A stretch of DNA of 40,089 bases. It comes from Rotaria socialis (taxonomy: Eukaryota). The position numbers and the translations under genes were made by a program. Shown here piece by piece: positions 13,372-26,107 of the stretch; the stretch's first letter is position 1, and every line of letters begins with the position of its first letter. The stretch covers positions 1-40,089 of the forward strand of contig CAJNYD010000141.1 of NCBI GenBank assembly GCA_905331295.1, read 5' to 3'. The notes beneath the pieces are model-generated. The model did not search any database, was not told where the DNA came from, and worked only from the letters and a program-made list of their open reading frames with translations.

Positions 13372-14651
13372 ATGCTTGACTCTAATTCATCTGAACGCCG
13401 ACAAGATCTTTTTCAAACAAGTACTGGTGTTGGTCATCAATATCGGCCAGGATATTATTTCCCTTCAACCAATTTCAAGGTACGGTTAAGTTTTATTACT
13501 GTGATCTTGACGTTTTTCTTTAATATTATTAGCGGGCTTTTACCGATCCATTACCAAATCGACTACGTGCTCCTGATGAAATTACACCTCAAGAACATTT
13601 TAAAACAACTAATGCTGCTTTTTATGACAATAAATATCCGCAACAAGAAGTATACAATGATCAAGTGAATATGCATAGAAAGGCACCGGCCTTATATAAA
13701 GGTATACCAACGATTTGTTTGGTTTAGAAATTAAACTTGTTCTTTTCTTAAGTAAATTACATGAGTGATTTCGTGGAAAAACTTAAAGCTCACGGATGGA
13801 GTCGTCCATTATCAATGTCTCATCAGAAAAGTGAATACAAGGAAGAATTCGATATGAAGCCAAATATGAAATCAGAATTAGATCGTATTGATGGGCAGTT
13901 GCCTTATTTAACACAACCTGAAGCACCTGTGACTAAAGTAAACGTTTTCTTTTAGACATACAAAGAAAAATTTTATAGAAAAAAAAATAACCTGATTTAG
14001 GCTATACGTGAAGATGGACGACCAACAAGACCAGTAACAGTTGCTCGTACATGGGATCCGTCGGAGCAAGGTGTATTTACACTTCTTGATCCTTATTTAA
14101 CAACATATAATAAAGAACATCGTCGATGGAGAAAGTATGTCGTTAATAAATTTTGAATTATGAAAATCTTATTTTGTTCTCTACATCAAGGGATGAATGG
14201 CAAGGTATTGGTAAAAAAGATCCATTATCTTATTGGGACGCTGAAGAATATCCTAAAGCCTGGGGCTATGGTAATGCACAAAATCCATTACCGATAGATA
14301 GTGTTGAACGTGAACAATTACCAATGCGTGACGCAATTTGGTTTTCAACACCAACAAAAGTTCGACAAGTTCATCAACCAGCACGTTTCATTCCTCATGC
14401 TGGCCTTACAACTGAAACTCGTATATATTGATTTTCTTTTGAATCTATATCAATATATTTTCATGTTTGCAGGCGAACAGTTCGTGACTCCGAGTCATAT
14501 CAATGCTAAAGATACGAAATATTGCCCAATCGATACTCCATATGTTCAACCAATGCCAAGTTCAACATCAGCGTATGCTACACCGTCTATGTATCGAACT
14601 GACTCAATGAACTATGGTAGTGAGAAACCAGTCACTTTATCTGGACTATAA
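13372..14651 (+). CDS. Uncharacterized low-hydrophobicity protein, possibly a ciliary microtubule inner protein; exons 13372-13479, 13533-13701, 13753-13937, 14001-14134, 14191-14420, 14473-14651
   Basis: Six exons splice in frame through five GT-AG introns. Short SEYxxxF / TTYxxEH / TTETRxQF / YRTDSMNY motifs resemble the Mn motifs of SAXO-type proteins. The function is inferred, not recognised. Confidence 0.75.
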
Positions 14652-15153
14652 AAATTACACAAATATATATTAATTGAGTGCGCTTTTTCTCTTCTTATAA
14701 CGTGTGTACAAATGTGCATACATATTAATAAAATCTATATGATATAATACAATGATGAATTATGATTTAAATCATCGTTTTTTTTTCTTATTCTCCATCT
14801 TACATAGATAAACGTATGCATGATGAGCCGCATATTCTGAGTAGACGATGTGCGTGGGTGCTTATTTTGAATGAATATAGTTATCGTCATGGAATTTCAA
14901 TCATATATAATTGAGAAAATACGAAATAGATTGGTTAGTAATTTAATCTCACATACTGTGACAGAAAACAGTATTTACATATGAAAAACAACAAAAAAGA
15001 GTTTACTCATTGCTCCATTTATCAATATGGAAATCGTAGAGCAATCTACTGAACAATTTTAGCGTTTTATATTATGCTACATCTGATGAAGTTACAAATG
15101 CTAAACCAGAAATAAATTCTTCTAATTTGTTAAACAATTAAATTGAAGATAAA

Positions 15154-18100
15154 ATGAAAAAAAATTTAGTTTTCAACTCTCATCGTCATTCATCGTCGAT
15201 ATCGAGAAAATATGATCTTAAAACATTATTAGGTCGGAAAAATTTGGCAAATCCATTTTTACAAGGAAGGTAACTATGAATCTCTTGTGCATATATAGTA
15301 AAAACTCAAACAGTAGAAAATTCATTTCAATGACGAGCTCCATTAGAGTCTATACTTCTTATTTTTCTTTCTAAAGGAACGTCGAAGAAAATGCCGCTGC
15401 TTACAAAATTTTCAGTATACTTTATGGCCTCGGTAAGGAATTAACAGCATCTCTTTATTAGAACTATAAAGAACACCCGAAAGCTATTGTTTGTATCGAA
15501 TTTTTTTCTAGTTGTTTTTATGGGTGGTGTGGCGTTTTCCATCTCTAGTGCTATCATACCATCTGAACAAGGAGAAAATATAAAAGATTTGGCTGTAGTA
15601 AATATAGTGAAAATACAACGACATGAAAACTTTTCATTTTTATAATCCTAGATTTATTTTACATCTCTCTATTGGGTATCGATTATTTGGATAATATTTT
15701 GTATTGTTGATATTGTTCGCCATAAACGAAGATTACATACTCATTCGATAAGAGTTAATAGTTTAGATTCAAATCATACAGAAACAAATTTATTTCGAGA
15801 AAATCAAGATTTAAGATTTTCTTCAAAATCCTATTTTAATTTACGAACATTTAGTAATTATAATCAACGTCAAAATCAAATATCAACGATAAATGAAGAT
15901 AATCATTATAATAATAAATCGAAATCATCAGATAATTTATCGATTTTTAGGAGTAAACCTATTAATATTTTAATCAGCGGACAAAACATAAATCGAAATG
16001 GAACGCATGCAATAGGAAATGATATTCATCAACAAAAAGATTCTATTGTTCACCGAGATATTGGATATAATTATGATGATCGTTCAACAACTGGTGGTCT
16101 TTACATTCGTGTCGGAATCGGAAGTAAGTCGAAGATTATTAATCATGTGTGTATGAATATATTATTTTTAATACTAATTTAGTTTTTTGTCTTGGTACAG
16201 TTATACATTCGGGTTTATCGATATTAAGTAATCTTGAAAATTTTATTTGTGTACCGTGGACAAATGTTGTCGACGATTTTTCAAGATTATTATTTAGTTT
16301 CGTTCAATTTTTCTTTATTTTTAAACATTCTAATGTAAATATTTCGAGTAAATTATAGAGAAGTTTGAAACAGAAGTTTTACTTTTGTATTTAGTTAATT
16401 ATTCGAGTACATGAAAATTTTGCTCGATTAGCTGTAATGCATGTCGTTGTTACCAACTTGTGTGTATGGTATGTAATTGATAGATTTTTATTTTATTTTT
16501 TCTAAAATGCTGATACGATAACCGGATCTCATTTTCTCATAGTAGTTAATTTTGAAGACATGAGAACTCGTATGTCTTCGACTTTTCTCTCGAAATAAAA
16601 TTCTACTCCGCGAACTTCATGCGGAAGTACCGATGGGATAATTAGCGATGGATTATAAATTACCATGGTTTGACGAGAGATTCGAAATATGCCGTTTGAA
16701 CTCAATACGTATGTTTTTATTAATGAGAAAATCTGCTGTAAATTATTCTAAGTTTGCTTAGATATTTTCATACAATATGAAAAAAATTCATTTCTTTAAT
16801 GCGGTGCGAAACACAGCATTTATGTAGTCCGTCGTGTGTTTTCTTTTGCTTTCTCGACGAACGCATCTTTTTCGTCGTTTTGTGACGCGATGATCTCGAG
16901 AACCGAAAATCATAGAAAACTCATTGAAATGGAAGGTGAAAGTATCGAGATCGAACTTCTGACATATTTTTGCCTATTCTTTAATCTGATATTCCGTTCA
17001 TTCACAAATGTGGTTCCAAAATGATGAAAATCAAAGGAATTTGTCGTTTTCAAAGTTCGAGATAATTAAAATGGCGTCATCAATAATTGTTAGCCAATAG
17101 TCTATTGCTTTACATATGATTCAGGATAATGATTCATGAAAGTAGATAATTGTTCAATGAAAAACACTCGTTAGAAAACGGGTTGTTACATTTTCAAAGA
17201 GATCTTCTAGTGACGAATTTCATAATGATCGATTTAAGAATGGTGAATGCGAAACATAAATTCAAAATTCGTAGACATTAAGAAAAAACGATTCTAATGA
17301 ACTCTGAAATTGATCATTCATTTTTTTATCTTATTCGTTTTCGAAAATTCGGCCCGTGTGCTTCGCACCGCATTTCTTAGTCGAGTGAAACTCGAATATT
17401 ATCTAGTTTTAATTGAAATCTTTTTTTTAATATATAGATAATTGTTAGTGCATTTCAAGTAAACATTGCATATGAAGAACCGTACATTTGCAAATAGAAA
17501 AAGAAATCAACGGTTCATATATAATTGATCGGGAAAGGGACACAACAGTTCTCTGTGTATGCTAATACTCCAGACAATCTGTGTATGATGAACGATGGGG
17601 ATGTAGGAGTGAGCGTTCTCTTCAGCCACACCCTCACTTCAGAAAAAAAAGTATATGATTAAACGATTTCCCTAGCGAGCAATTGCCCGAGCGCACAAGT
17701 GTTCGAGAAAAAAAAAGAGACAGACAAAGCAAATATTGGCACACAACTGTCTGTGTCCTCACAATTTCACGCTTATCTAGTCACTCATTCGTAAGATGTC
17801 ATCTGACTTCGTATGTAATCTTTGCTGCGAAAACTTTTATCATTATTTCAATACATACTGATCTCAGCAGGGTTCATCATTCGCGTGTTAAAAGGCAAGG
17901 TTCAATCATTTTTAGGTTTCGTATGGTTGTTAATGAAACAAAATCTCAAATACAGGAAATGAGTGCCTACGAAACGATCATTGGCCAATATAATAATGTG
18001 ACAATTCATAGTAACTACTTTATCCAAAATGGTCAAAATCTCATGAATCGACTGCATTGTAGACAATCGATAGAAGATACTCTTGAAATGACGAGTTCTA

Positions 18101-19285
18101 TTAATCAAGGCTCTTTAAAATTAAAACCACTACTCTATCCATGTACCATTGAATTTAGTCTTATGTGTTTAACAGTAAGAATCATAAAGAAATAAAAAAT
18201 TCTTCATTTAAAAAAAAACATGCAATATTTAGTTATTTTTTCTTATATGGGAAAATATTGGTAAAACTTTCACTTATAAAATGTCTGATAAAGCCTCAAC
18301 TAAAAATGTATTTATGGTTAATTGCCATGCATCAATAAAAGGTTTCTTTGCTGGCATGGTTATATTCTCATGCACAGTTATATCAATAATACTTTATGCT
18401 ATCCTTCAAAATAACATCACCGATGATATAGAATTAATATCCACATCATTAAATATTCTTCAGACACCAACAACTGTATCCTATCGAAATCGTTCTTTAT
18501 TGATTACCTCGACCCATAGTCCATTTAGTTTGACATCTAAAACACCAAAAAAAGTTCTCTATAGTATCGCTATTGTTGAAATAGTTAATCTCTGTTTATT
18601 AATCATTTCTTTATTTGGTACAACATGGACATTGATTAAAATTCGAAAATTCGAATATAAAAGAATAACTACACGTAAATAAAATTCGAATGCTTTTCCC
18701 CCCAAAACTATCAATTGAAATCTTTTTTGTTTTGTTTAGGTTTTGATAGTGTTTTGATTATTGTATCGCTATCCGGTATTTATTTATATTCAATATTTAG
18801 TGCGTTTGCTTTATTCAACAATAAAAATCCAGCGACATGGATTGCTTATCTGAAAATAGGTATTGTTATTTTAGGTATGAAATACATAAAATACACTAAT
18901 TGGATATCTTTTCATTTTTTTTTTGTTCTTCAATTATACTTTAGAATTTATTGAAGGCACTGTTCATGCATTTTTTATACTTGTTGGTCTACGTAAGCGT
19001 CTCGTACGAACAAATACTCGTGAATGTCCAGCACGCGAAGTAATTACATTATTAATTATGCTGGATCTTAGTTTATGGTTCGAAGAAACTACAACAACAA
19101 CAAAACATGAAGTTAATCCATTTCAATTGGCCTTCTATCATGTTATACCGTGGTCAATTATTGCTGCTATCGCAACACCACTTCAAATTTTTTTTCGGTT
19201 CCATGCATCTGTATGTCTCTCACACATTTGGGAAAATATGTATGCTCTACCGACGTATGAACCAATTGTCCCGCACGATCTATGA
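15154..19285 (+). CDS. OTOP: Otopetrin-family proton channel; exons 15154-15269, 15377-15432, 15512-15597, 15652-16123, 16183-16334, 16395-16468, 17916-18174, 18233-18674, 18740-18874, 18945-19285
   Basis: GGLYIRVGIGIFCLGTVIHSG, FVQFFFIFKHS, RLAVMHVVVTNLCVWFR, LYPCTIEFSL, NCHASIKGFFAG, REVITLLIMLDLSLW, PLQIFFRFHASVCL. The start codon is uncertain. Confidence 0.92.
16798..17380. mobile_element. Non-autonomous element with subterminal inverted repeats in an otopetrin intron (MITE or Helentron/HINE-like)
   Basis: AATGCGGTGCGAAACAC (16798-16814) versus GTGCTTCGCACCGCATT (17358-17374), a 16/17 inverted match. T-rich 5' flank and CTTAG 3' end. Confidence 0.65.
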
Positions 19286-19536
19286 CCAAACTACTGTCTT
19301 TGCATTTTCTATTCTTCCAATGACTTTTTTCACATGCATGAGCTTCATCGTTCTTTCTTCTTCTTTTTTTTTTGGATGAAGAATAAGCAGCGGCCATCAC
19401 GTCGAGACACTTTTTCTTTCTCTCTATTAACACTATCAGCTGAGCACGATGAATAGAAGAAACGAGAGGAAAATGGAAAAAGGTCAGCCAGGCTGAGTAA
19501 ACGCGTCGTTCGGCCAGTATTTATCTATGTCAAAGA

Positions 19537-20064
19537 ATGAATAGGACAGTTTCATCAACATCACTTAATCAACAGAATATTAATAAAATCTGTTGCATTT
19601 GCCTGGAAAAAAAATCAGTTGATATACCAGTAATTAATTGCAACCATCGATATGAGTTTTGTAATGATTGTATAACGCAATGGTTTGCTATGAAAAAATT
19701 AGACTGTCCCATATGCAGAAAAGTGTGGCAAGAGAAAGAATATGTAAGTAAAAAATCGAAAAAAAACTTCCCAAAAAATTGTATAATTGTTTTTAAGATT
19801 AATTTTCAGTCCGATGCATCAAGTCAAATTCCGAATCATCTAGCTGTTTCACTTGAATCATTTTCATCGTCGATTATTGAAAATACCTATGAGCCAACTT
19901 CACCTTATATTGGAATGTTCTATCCAACCGTAAATGTATCATCGCCACGTGCACGTCGACAAATGTATAGTGCCTTAGTTTGTTATTTATTTTCGTTTTT
20001 TGTTGTAATTATTGTGTATGTAGCTCTTATATTGTTCAGTAAAAAAATAGATCGTAAAATTTAA
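19537..20064 (+). CDS. Small RING-HC (C3HC4) protein with a C-terminal transmembrane anchor; probable in-frame intron 19744-19809
   Basis: CxxC...CNH...CNDC...CPIC with W in ITQW. Hydrophobic C-terminal segment followed by KKIDRKI. The GTAAGT...TTTTCAG intron is 66 bp and has no stop. Confidence 0.8.
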   Translation: MNRTVSSTSLNQQNINKICCICLEKKSVDIPVINCNHRYEFCNDCITQWFAMKKLDCPICRKVWQEKEYVSKKSKKNFPKNCIIVFKINFQSDASSQIPNHLAVSLESFSSSIIENTYEPTSPYIGMFYPTVNVSSPRARRQMYSALVCYLFSFFVVIIVYVALILFSKKIDRKI

Positions 20065-23000
20065 TAATTTGAAAGTGTTTTAGTTTTTGCTTCATTTTAT
20101 ACGAGATGTATGAAAATTTAATTAATAATAATGAACATGAACGATTTTCTTTTTTTGCTGTTTATGAATGAAGATTTCGATTTGAATTTGAGAAAAAGAA
20201 AAAGTCAATTATTTATTTATAGAAAATCTATAGTTTTAGTGTATTTGAAATAAAATGATTTTTTCTTCGGATGATTCAATAGCATATAATCATGATTTTA
20301 TTATCTCTTATATCATAGCTAACAATTTGGAATTCTCCCGTTCGCAAACGTGGATTTGAAAATTTTCCGATTAAAATAATCTCAGATTAGTTATTCATTG
20401 CTTATGGGAATCCTATACATTTGGTCAGTTGTGAACAACTGTTCATTGTTTGGGCATTGGCTTGAGAAATATAGATTAAAAAAATATTATTACTAAAATT
20501 ATCAAAGATACAATTGAGCACAAATCGGACTAAAAATATCATGCAATTCTAAATAACACACGAAAAAAAAAGAAATTACACTAACTTTACTTTACCATAA
20601 AGATTACCGATTTATAATCTACTAGTTAAATAGATTTGACTTAAAATTCGACCCTAAAGCATCTATTTGAAATTTCTATTTATATTTCAGCTAAAAAGCA
20701 AAGAAAATCCAAACTGTCAATCCTGAAATGTATTCTATTGTGAAAAAATACGAACAGCACATACTGAGAACTAAAGATGGGTTCGTGGAAGTAGCGAAAC
20801 TTGAAAAAAGATTTTTGATTTCATTGCGCAAATAGTTCCGCATGGAGTTCTAGTTTATACGCATCGACATTAAAGAAAACTTTCTCCAAGTCATTGACTT
20901 TGACGAACATGACAGCAAGGAGATTTATTCATGTAACAGACGGTGCGTCGATATTTCTCAAAAAACATTAAGGATTCCAATTTTTCAAGAACTACAATGA
21001 AACAGAAGAAAACAATTAATTCAGACAACTTTTCAGTATCTGTCTATTTGTTTATCGATAGCATGTTTGTTTACCTACTGCAACGTATTCTTTTTCTTAT
21101 TAATATACATAAAAAATAGATAAAAAGATAACTGATCAATCAAACTGTCACGACCATATGAAGTGATCCATCAAAGGTGCAGCGGTAATATCGAGTAAAG
21201 TAAAAATCTAGAAAGATAAAAAGCGCATGTCCTGATTTGGTACATTTTCCCAAGCACTAGTTGCTATTGGAACCGTGCTGAACCATTAACAGGAGTTTGA
21301 ACGATAGATGCACATAGCATCGCTGCTAAGTAATTGAATACTTTTAATTGCTGTTGATAAGATCAATGAGGTCACCTATGCTAATAGTGCCAAGTTATAA
21401 TTACATAGCGTCGTAGTTGAATTAAAGCATTACTACTTGAATTCTCTTTCGAATTATGTGTGCTTAAACAGTTTACACACACACACAATTGAAAAATGAT
21501 TTTTTAAAGGCGTTATTTATAAAAACAAAATTGACAATCGATACTAAACTCTGCATTTTCTTCAAAGATAGCAGTGAATTCAGAGACTATAATGGGTAGT
21601 TCAAACTAGCTCTTTAAAATAAATCAGAAAATTGCGAAAGTTTAATCTAGCAAAATATCTTATCTCTCAAGTCTTACGAATCAGAGCTCCAAATGGGGTG
21701 GGATAGGACAGAAAGTTTATCCCATCCCATCAAAAGATGCATCTTGAAAAAAATATTTGTTGACATACTGATTATATTCGTGAAATGACTCATTCTATTA
21801 TCTTAATCGTGGCTTAAGGAAAAACTTCTCGACAGTTATGATTTTTCTCTTTTTTGAGACTGATCTACTTCACTTTGAATTTGTCGCATGATTCTTTTTT
21901 TCGGGATATTTTAACTCTCTCCAAGAAAAATACTCGGTTTAAAATTCAAGATCGTTCGTCAAAGTTGAGACCAAACTTTTAAAACCTCAGCAAATCAGAA
22001 AAATCTATGGTATCGCATCTAGAATACATTCTGATTTGTTGAGCTTTAGCCAATATCAAAATGGACATATAGAAATTCATTAAAATCTTCTTTTATTTAG
22101 AAAACCGAGTCAGGATTCAGGACTTTCTGGTTTTCTTACTAAATAGTTTTAAACTATATACGAGATATTAAGAAGTACTGAAAGTAGTTTATCAGTGTTT
22201 CTTTTATTCATGGACTTCGAATTTTTGTTTTAGCTTGATTTACCCGGAAACTTGAGATCAATTAAAAATATTTTTGCATAAACTGTCAGATCCATTGTTT
22301 TCGATAATGTGAATTCTAATAAACCCGATAACTGGTAAAGATCGAAATTATACAACATATATACGTTTATATTCTGTAAATAAAACTTGTGATGCATCAT
22401 GCTGAAAGTAATACGAATTTTATATTATGAGCCGAAAATATTAAAGGTTAACCCCGAACAACAACAAACTCTACATGAAAAAAAATCATAGTCATCGGAG
22501 AGATTATTCAAATTCTTTGTAGAACCAAGTCGCCGAATATTCAAACTCTACTCTACTGCTCATTGCGAGAACGATTATTTCGTATGTGTTGACTCCAAAA
22601 ACACATAAAATGTATATATTGTTGGAAGACAACTGTATTTATCTAACGAATCAAGAATCATAGACTTATCCGGTGAAAGATACATTGCCTAATACGAACA
22701 AACGTTAGATGACATATTATTCTTGTTAAAGATATTGTTGAATCAACTTCTGTTTGATCTTTTGTTTCTCGAGTGTGGAAATCATATTGTAATTAGATCA
22801 ATGCTCTGCTAATCACATGAATTATCACTTCTGTATATCACCGTAGAGAGCATTTTATCATACAGTGAACTATCTTCATAGCGAGAAACAGATCTAAAAT
22901 AATCGTCGAAGACGGTAGGTACTTCATTTTACCAGCTTCAATCGTTCGACGAAATGAAACTAATAGTTAAGAAACAGATTTTCGCAGCTTACTTTCAAAG

Positions 23001-23378
23001 AGATTTGTCCTTGCGTGATTCATACTTCTATTAAATGAAATCTTATAAGAAAAAAAAAGACTTTCACACATTTCTACTTGACAATTTCGACCATCTTATA
23101 ATCGATTGCTTTAAAAAGTACTAGTCCGATAGTTCAGTGACTGTCCAACAATACAAAAAAATCAAAGATTTTTTGCACTTTTCAGCTAGTAAGATCATTT
23201 TTTCGAAATGCATTTTCATCTAAGCCACTACTCACTTTCTTCTATTTGCATTCTTTTTGTTCTTCCTTTAAAAAAATTCTTCATCACTAAAAGAATTTTT
23301 GTGCAGCTACTATTTCTTCATTGAAGAATTAACTATTAACTTCAATAAGTTTTCTAAAATCTTATTTCAATACATTGT

Positions 23379-23489
23379 ATTATTTACAACATACATCGCA
23401 GTGTTCTGATAAATCCCGAGAGGGACGTCCTTTGCAAATATTTTTTTCGCGGAAACCCTGACAAGCTCTGCGATGTATGTTTTATAATA
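23379..23489. repeat. About 110-bp inverted-repeat element
   Basis: AACATACATCGCAG (23388-23401) and CTGCGATGTATGTT (23468-23481) form a perfect 14-bp inverted repeat that extends imperfectly to TATTAT/ATAATA. Confidence 0.7.
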
Positions 23490-25920
23490 ATAATCTATAT
23501 CTTATTAGTGATATAAAGTAAAGTGCATTCGTTAGACCCTAATGAATAGGCTGAGGATTTCCCAGAAATATAATGTTCTTCATATGTCATGGACATAAAA
23601 TAAATAAATATTTATTCATGTCAGTATTACTTCGTTGCAATAAACTATGATTCACGAATAAATTAGTCGTTCTTGCATTATCATTATTTGATCTGGAAAT
23701 TTTGTTTTTTAATACATGCAGAAAAGTGATTGCGCCCTTAGTTATTTTTAACTTCTTTTTTTATGAAATTTCTTCACTAATTTTCATTTCTTAATATAAG
23801 AAGTATAAGACTAGATGCCAATATCCTTATTTGATCAATGAGTGTTGAATTCTAATGCCAAAACAAAACACCTAAGCCGACACAATTCTTCCAACATGAC
23901 AGTTGGTATTATGAAAAAGAATAGCGTTAATAGCGTTCCCGTCGTGTGTGTGGCATGCCTTTTAGCACATTACAAGCTGGCGTTTTCTTTTCATCTTAAA
24001 ATAGTATAAACTAAACCTACAATTACTGAAATTCTTTTATCTCTACATTTCAATTTTTGTAATTATCTTTATGCTAATGATTTTATTCTCGAATAGTCAT
24101 GCCTTAGCAAAAAAATTTTAACTGTTTCATTGATCTAAAATTGACGTTGTACGCTGCATGCTTTAAAAATAACTTTCGAGCAAAAGGTTATCGCATAATT
24201 TACTTTCTGATGTTAACTTAGCGGATAAAAAAATATCGTCGGCGTTTTATTAGATCGATGTACTCATTATACTGGATAATATTAAACTGTAAACAAGATT
24301 CACTGATGCTAACCATCAACACGCTATGACTATAATTGTTATTTATTAGAAGATGATCAAATCGGATTGTTTGTGTCTTGTTCAGTATCTAACACTCGAG
24401 TTAGATATGATAGAATTATATTGATAAACAATATTCTAAGGTTGTCGAAAAATCTTCGTGGCCCTATCAACATAGGACGAGAAAAACAAAAACAAAATAC
24501 GTCGGCAATATGAATAACAGCATGAAAACAAACAATATTGACGGTACCATAGATTCTCTGTAGAATTCTTTTGGGTTTTTTAGGAATGTTGTCGGACTTG
24601 TCTTATTATTTGAAGTGTATTCATCATGTGAAAAAGGATATTGGAAATAAATTCTGATTCAACGAAGAAAAAATGAGAATTATGCAATAGATGGATATTT
24701 AACGTAAGCTGTCGATGGATTAATCGACTGTTAAGGATCGAAGATAAGTGTTTGTTGCCAAATCTGGATCATTAAACTAGTTACTGCTTATGCTCTGAGA
24801 AATAATTTTATTGTTTTCTATCATAAGAAAATGCATTTTTGACGATTTATAATAGCAGATCTTTTTTCTTTTTGCTTGATAACAAATGATAATAAAAGCC
24901 AGCAGAGAACGCAACCAATAATATCAGCTTGTAAATCTTGAAAAAAAATTGCTTTCTTCTCTCTTTTATCACATCCTGTATAAATCATTTTGTTGCAACA
25001 GAAGATTTACGAAGGGTAAGTATGAGTGTCCTTTTTTTCTTGTTGCAAGAAGAAGAAACAGAATAAAGTCGTGTGGAATCTTTCCGCTGATTCCTGTTTT
25101 CAATGGCTATCAATTCTCTTATATTTTTCTTTTCCATTAGATCGTTCTAATTTTATCAGTAGTTAATCCGATGAAGAAATTTTCAAAGTAGACCATTTTT
25201 TAATTTGTTCTTTGAGTTTGAAATATTGCTTAACAAAAACAAAATTACAGTACGAAACAAAACTAGTGGACTTCAGCAAGACGAAATATTCTCAAGGGAG
25301 TCATTGCTGCATGGAAATCCTGTTATTTGCTTTAAGTATTATATCATGCTCTATTATATAGATGAAAGATTAGCTCTTTTTTTCTCATCAGGAACGATAA
25401 AGTGGTATGTAGTGAGCTTAATTTTTTCTATTTATGCTTTTTGACCTGGTTATATCGCCGAAATAAATTTGATTGGCAACAACAGATATTTATTTTTAGA
25501 TTCTCTTTTTAAATAAAGACTTATATTTAGCTTCTACTGATAGGTGTCTCAATACACATACTTATATTCTACAAAAGAACTAGAAAATCGATAAGCATTG
25601 CAGTTATTTTTCTTCTGCATCATAGATGATTCTTCAAGGCCTCAATAAAAATGAAATCTTTCATAAAAACGAACAAGTCATTTTGTAACAATTATCAATG
25701 TCGTTTTGCTATTTATTGTCCTTTACTTTTTTTTCTCTCGATTCAATTATCTTTTCCGAAGTCGAGTAGAAACCGAAGTCGTGAAGTAAACATGGCTGTC
25801 CCGGCAGATAAAAATATACATAGGATGCAAGTACATTTTTTTCTTAATCTAGTTTTCTATAGACAATAACACAAAAGAATACTATATCAACTGAAGTAAT
25901 ATATAATACTAGCTGCGAGT

Positions 25921-25943
25921 AAGAAGAAGAAGAAGAAGAAGAA
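25921..25943. repeat. (AAG)n microsatellite
   Basis: AAGAAGAAGAAGAAGAAGAAGAA. Confidence 0.85.
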
Positions 25944-26107
25944 AACTTGATAGATTCTGCCAATAAAAATACTTATCTATTTATTGCATTTTTAGTTCAT
26001 CGACATTATCACGCCATTAATTATTTCATCAAATTTTCGTTGTTTTAAGTGAATTGCATCATTCATATTTGAAATTTCTTCAATCTACTATTGACTAAAG
26101 CACTTGA

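Noticed and set aside
17683..17915. N-terminal half of the 170-aa ORF
   Set aside because: Intronic sequence read through. Otopetrin similarity resumes only at the acceptor at 17915.
21696..21731. GGGTGGGATAGGAC...TCCCATCCCATC possible MITE relic
   Set aside because: Too short, with no definable termini or TSD
24949..25869. ORFs 24949-25140, 25205-25444, 25651-25869, including a possible alternative PKA first exon MAVPADKNIHRMQ
   Set aside because: No motifs. The acceptor at 26100 is followed by an in-frame TGA right before the PKA ATG, so an upstream coding exon cannot join there.
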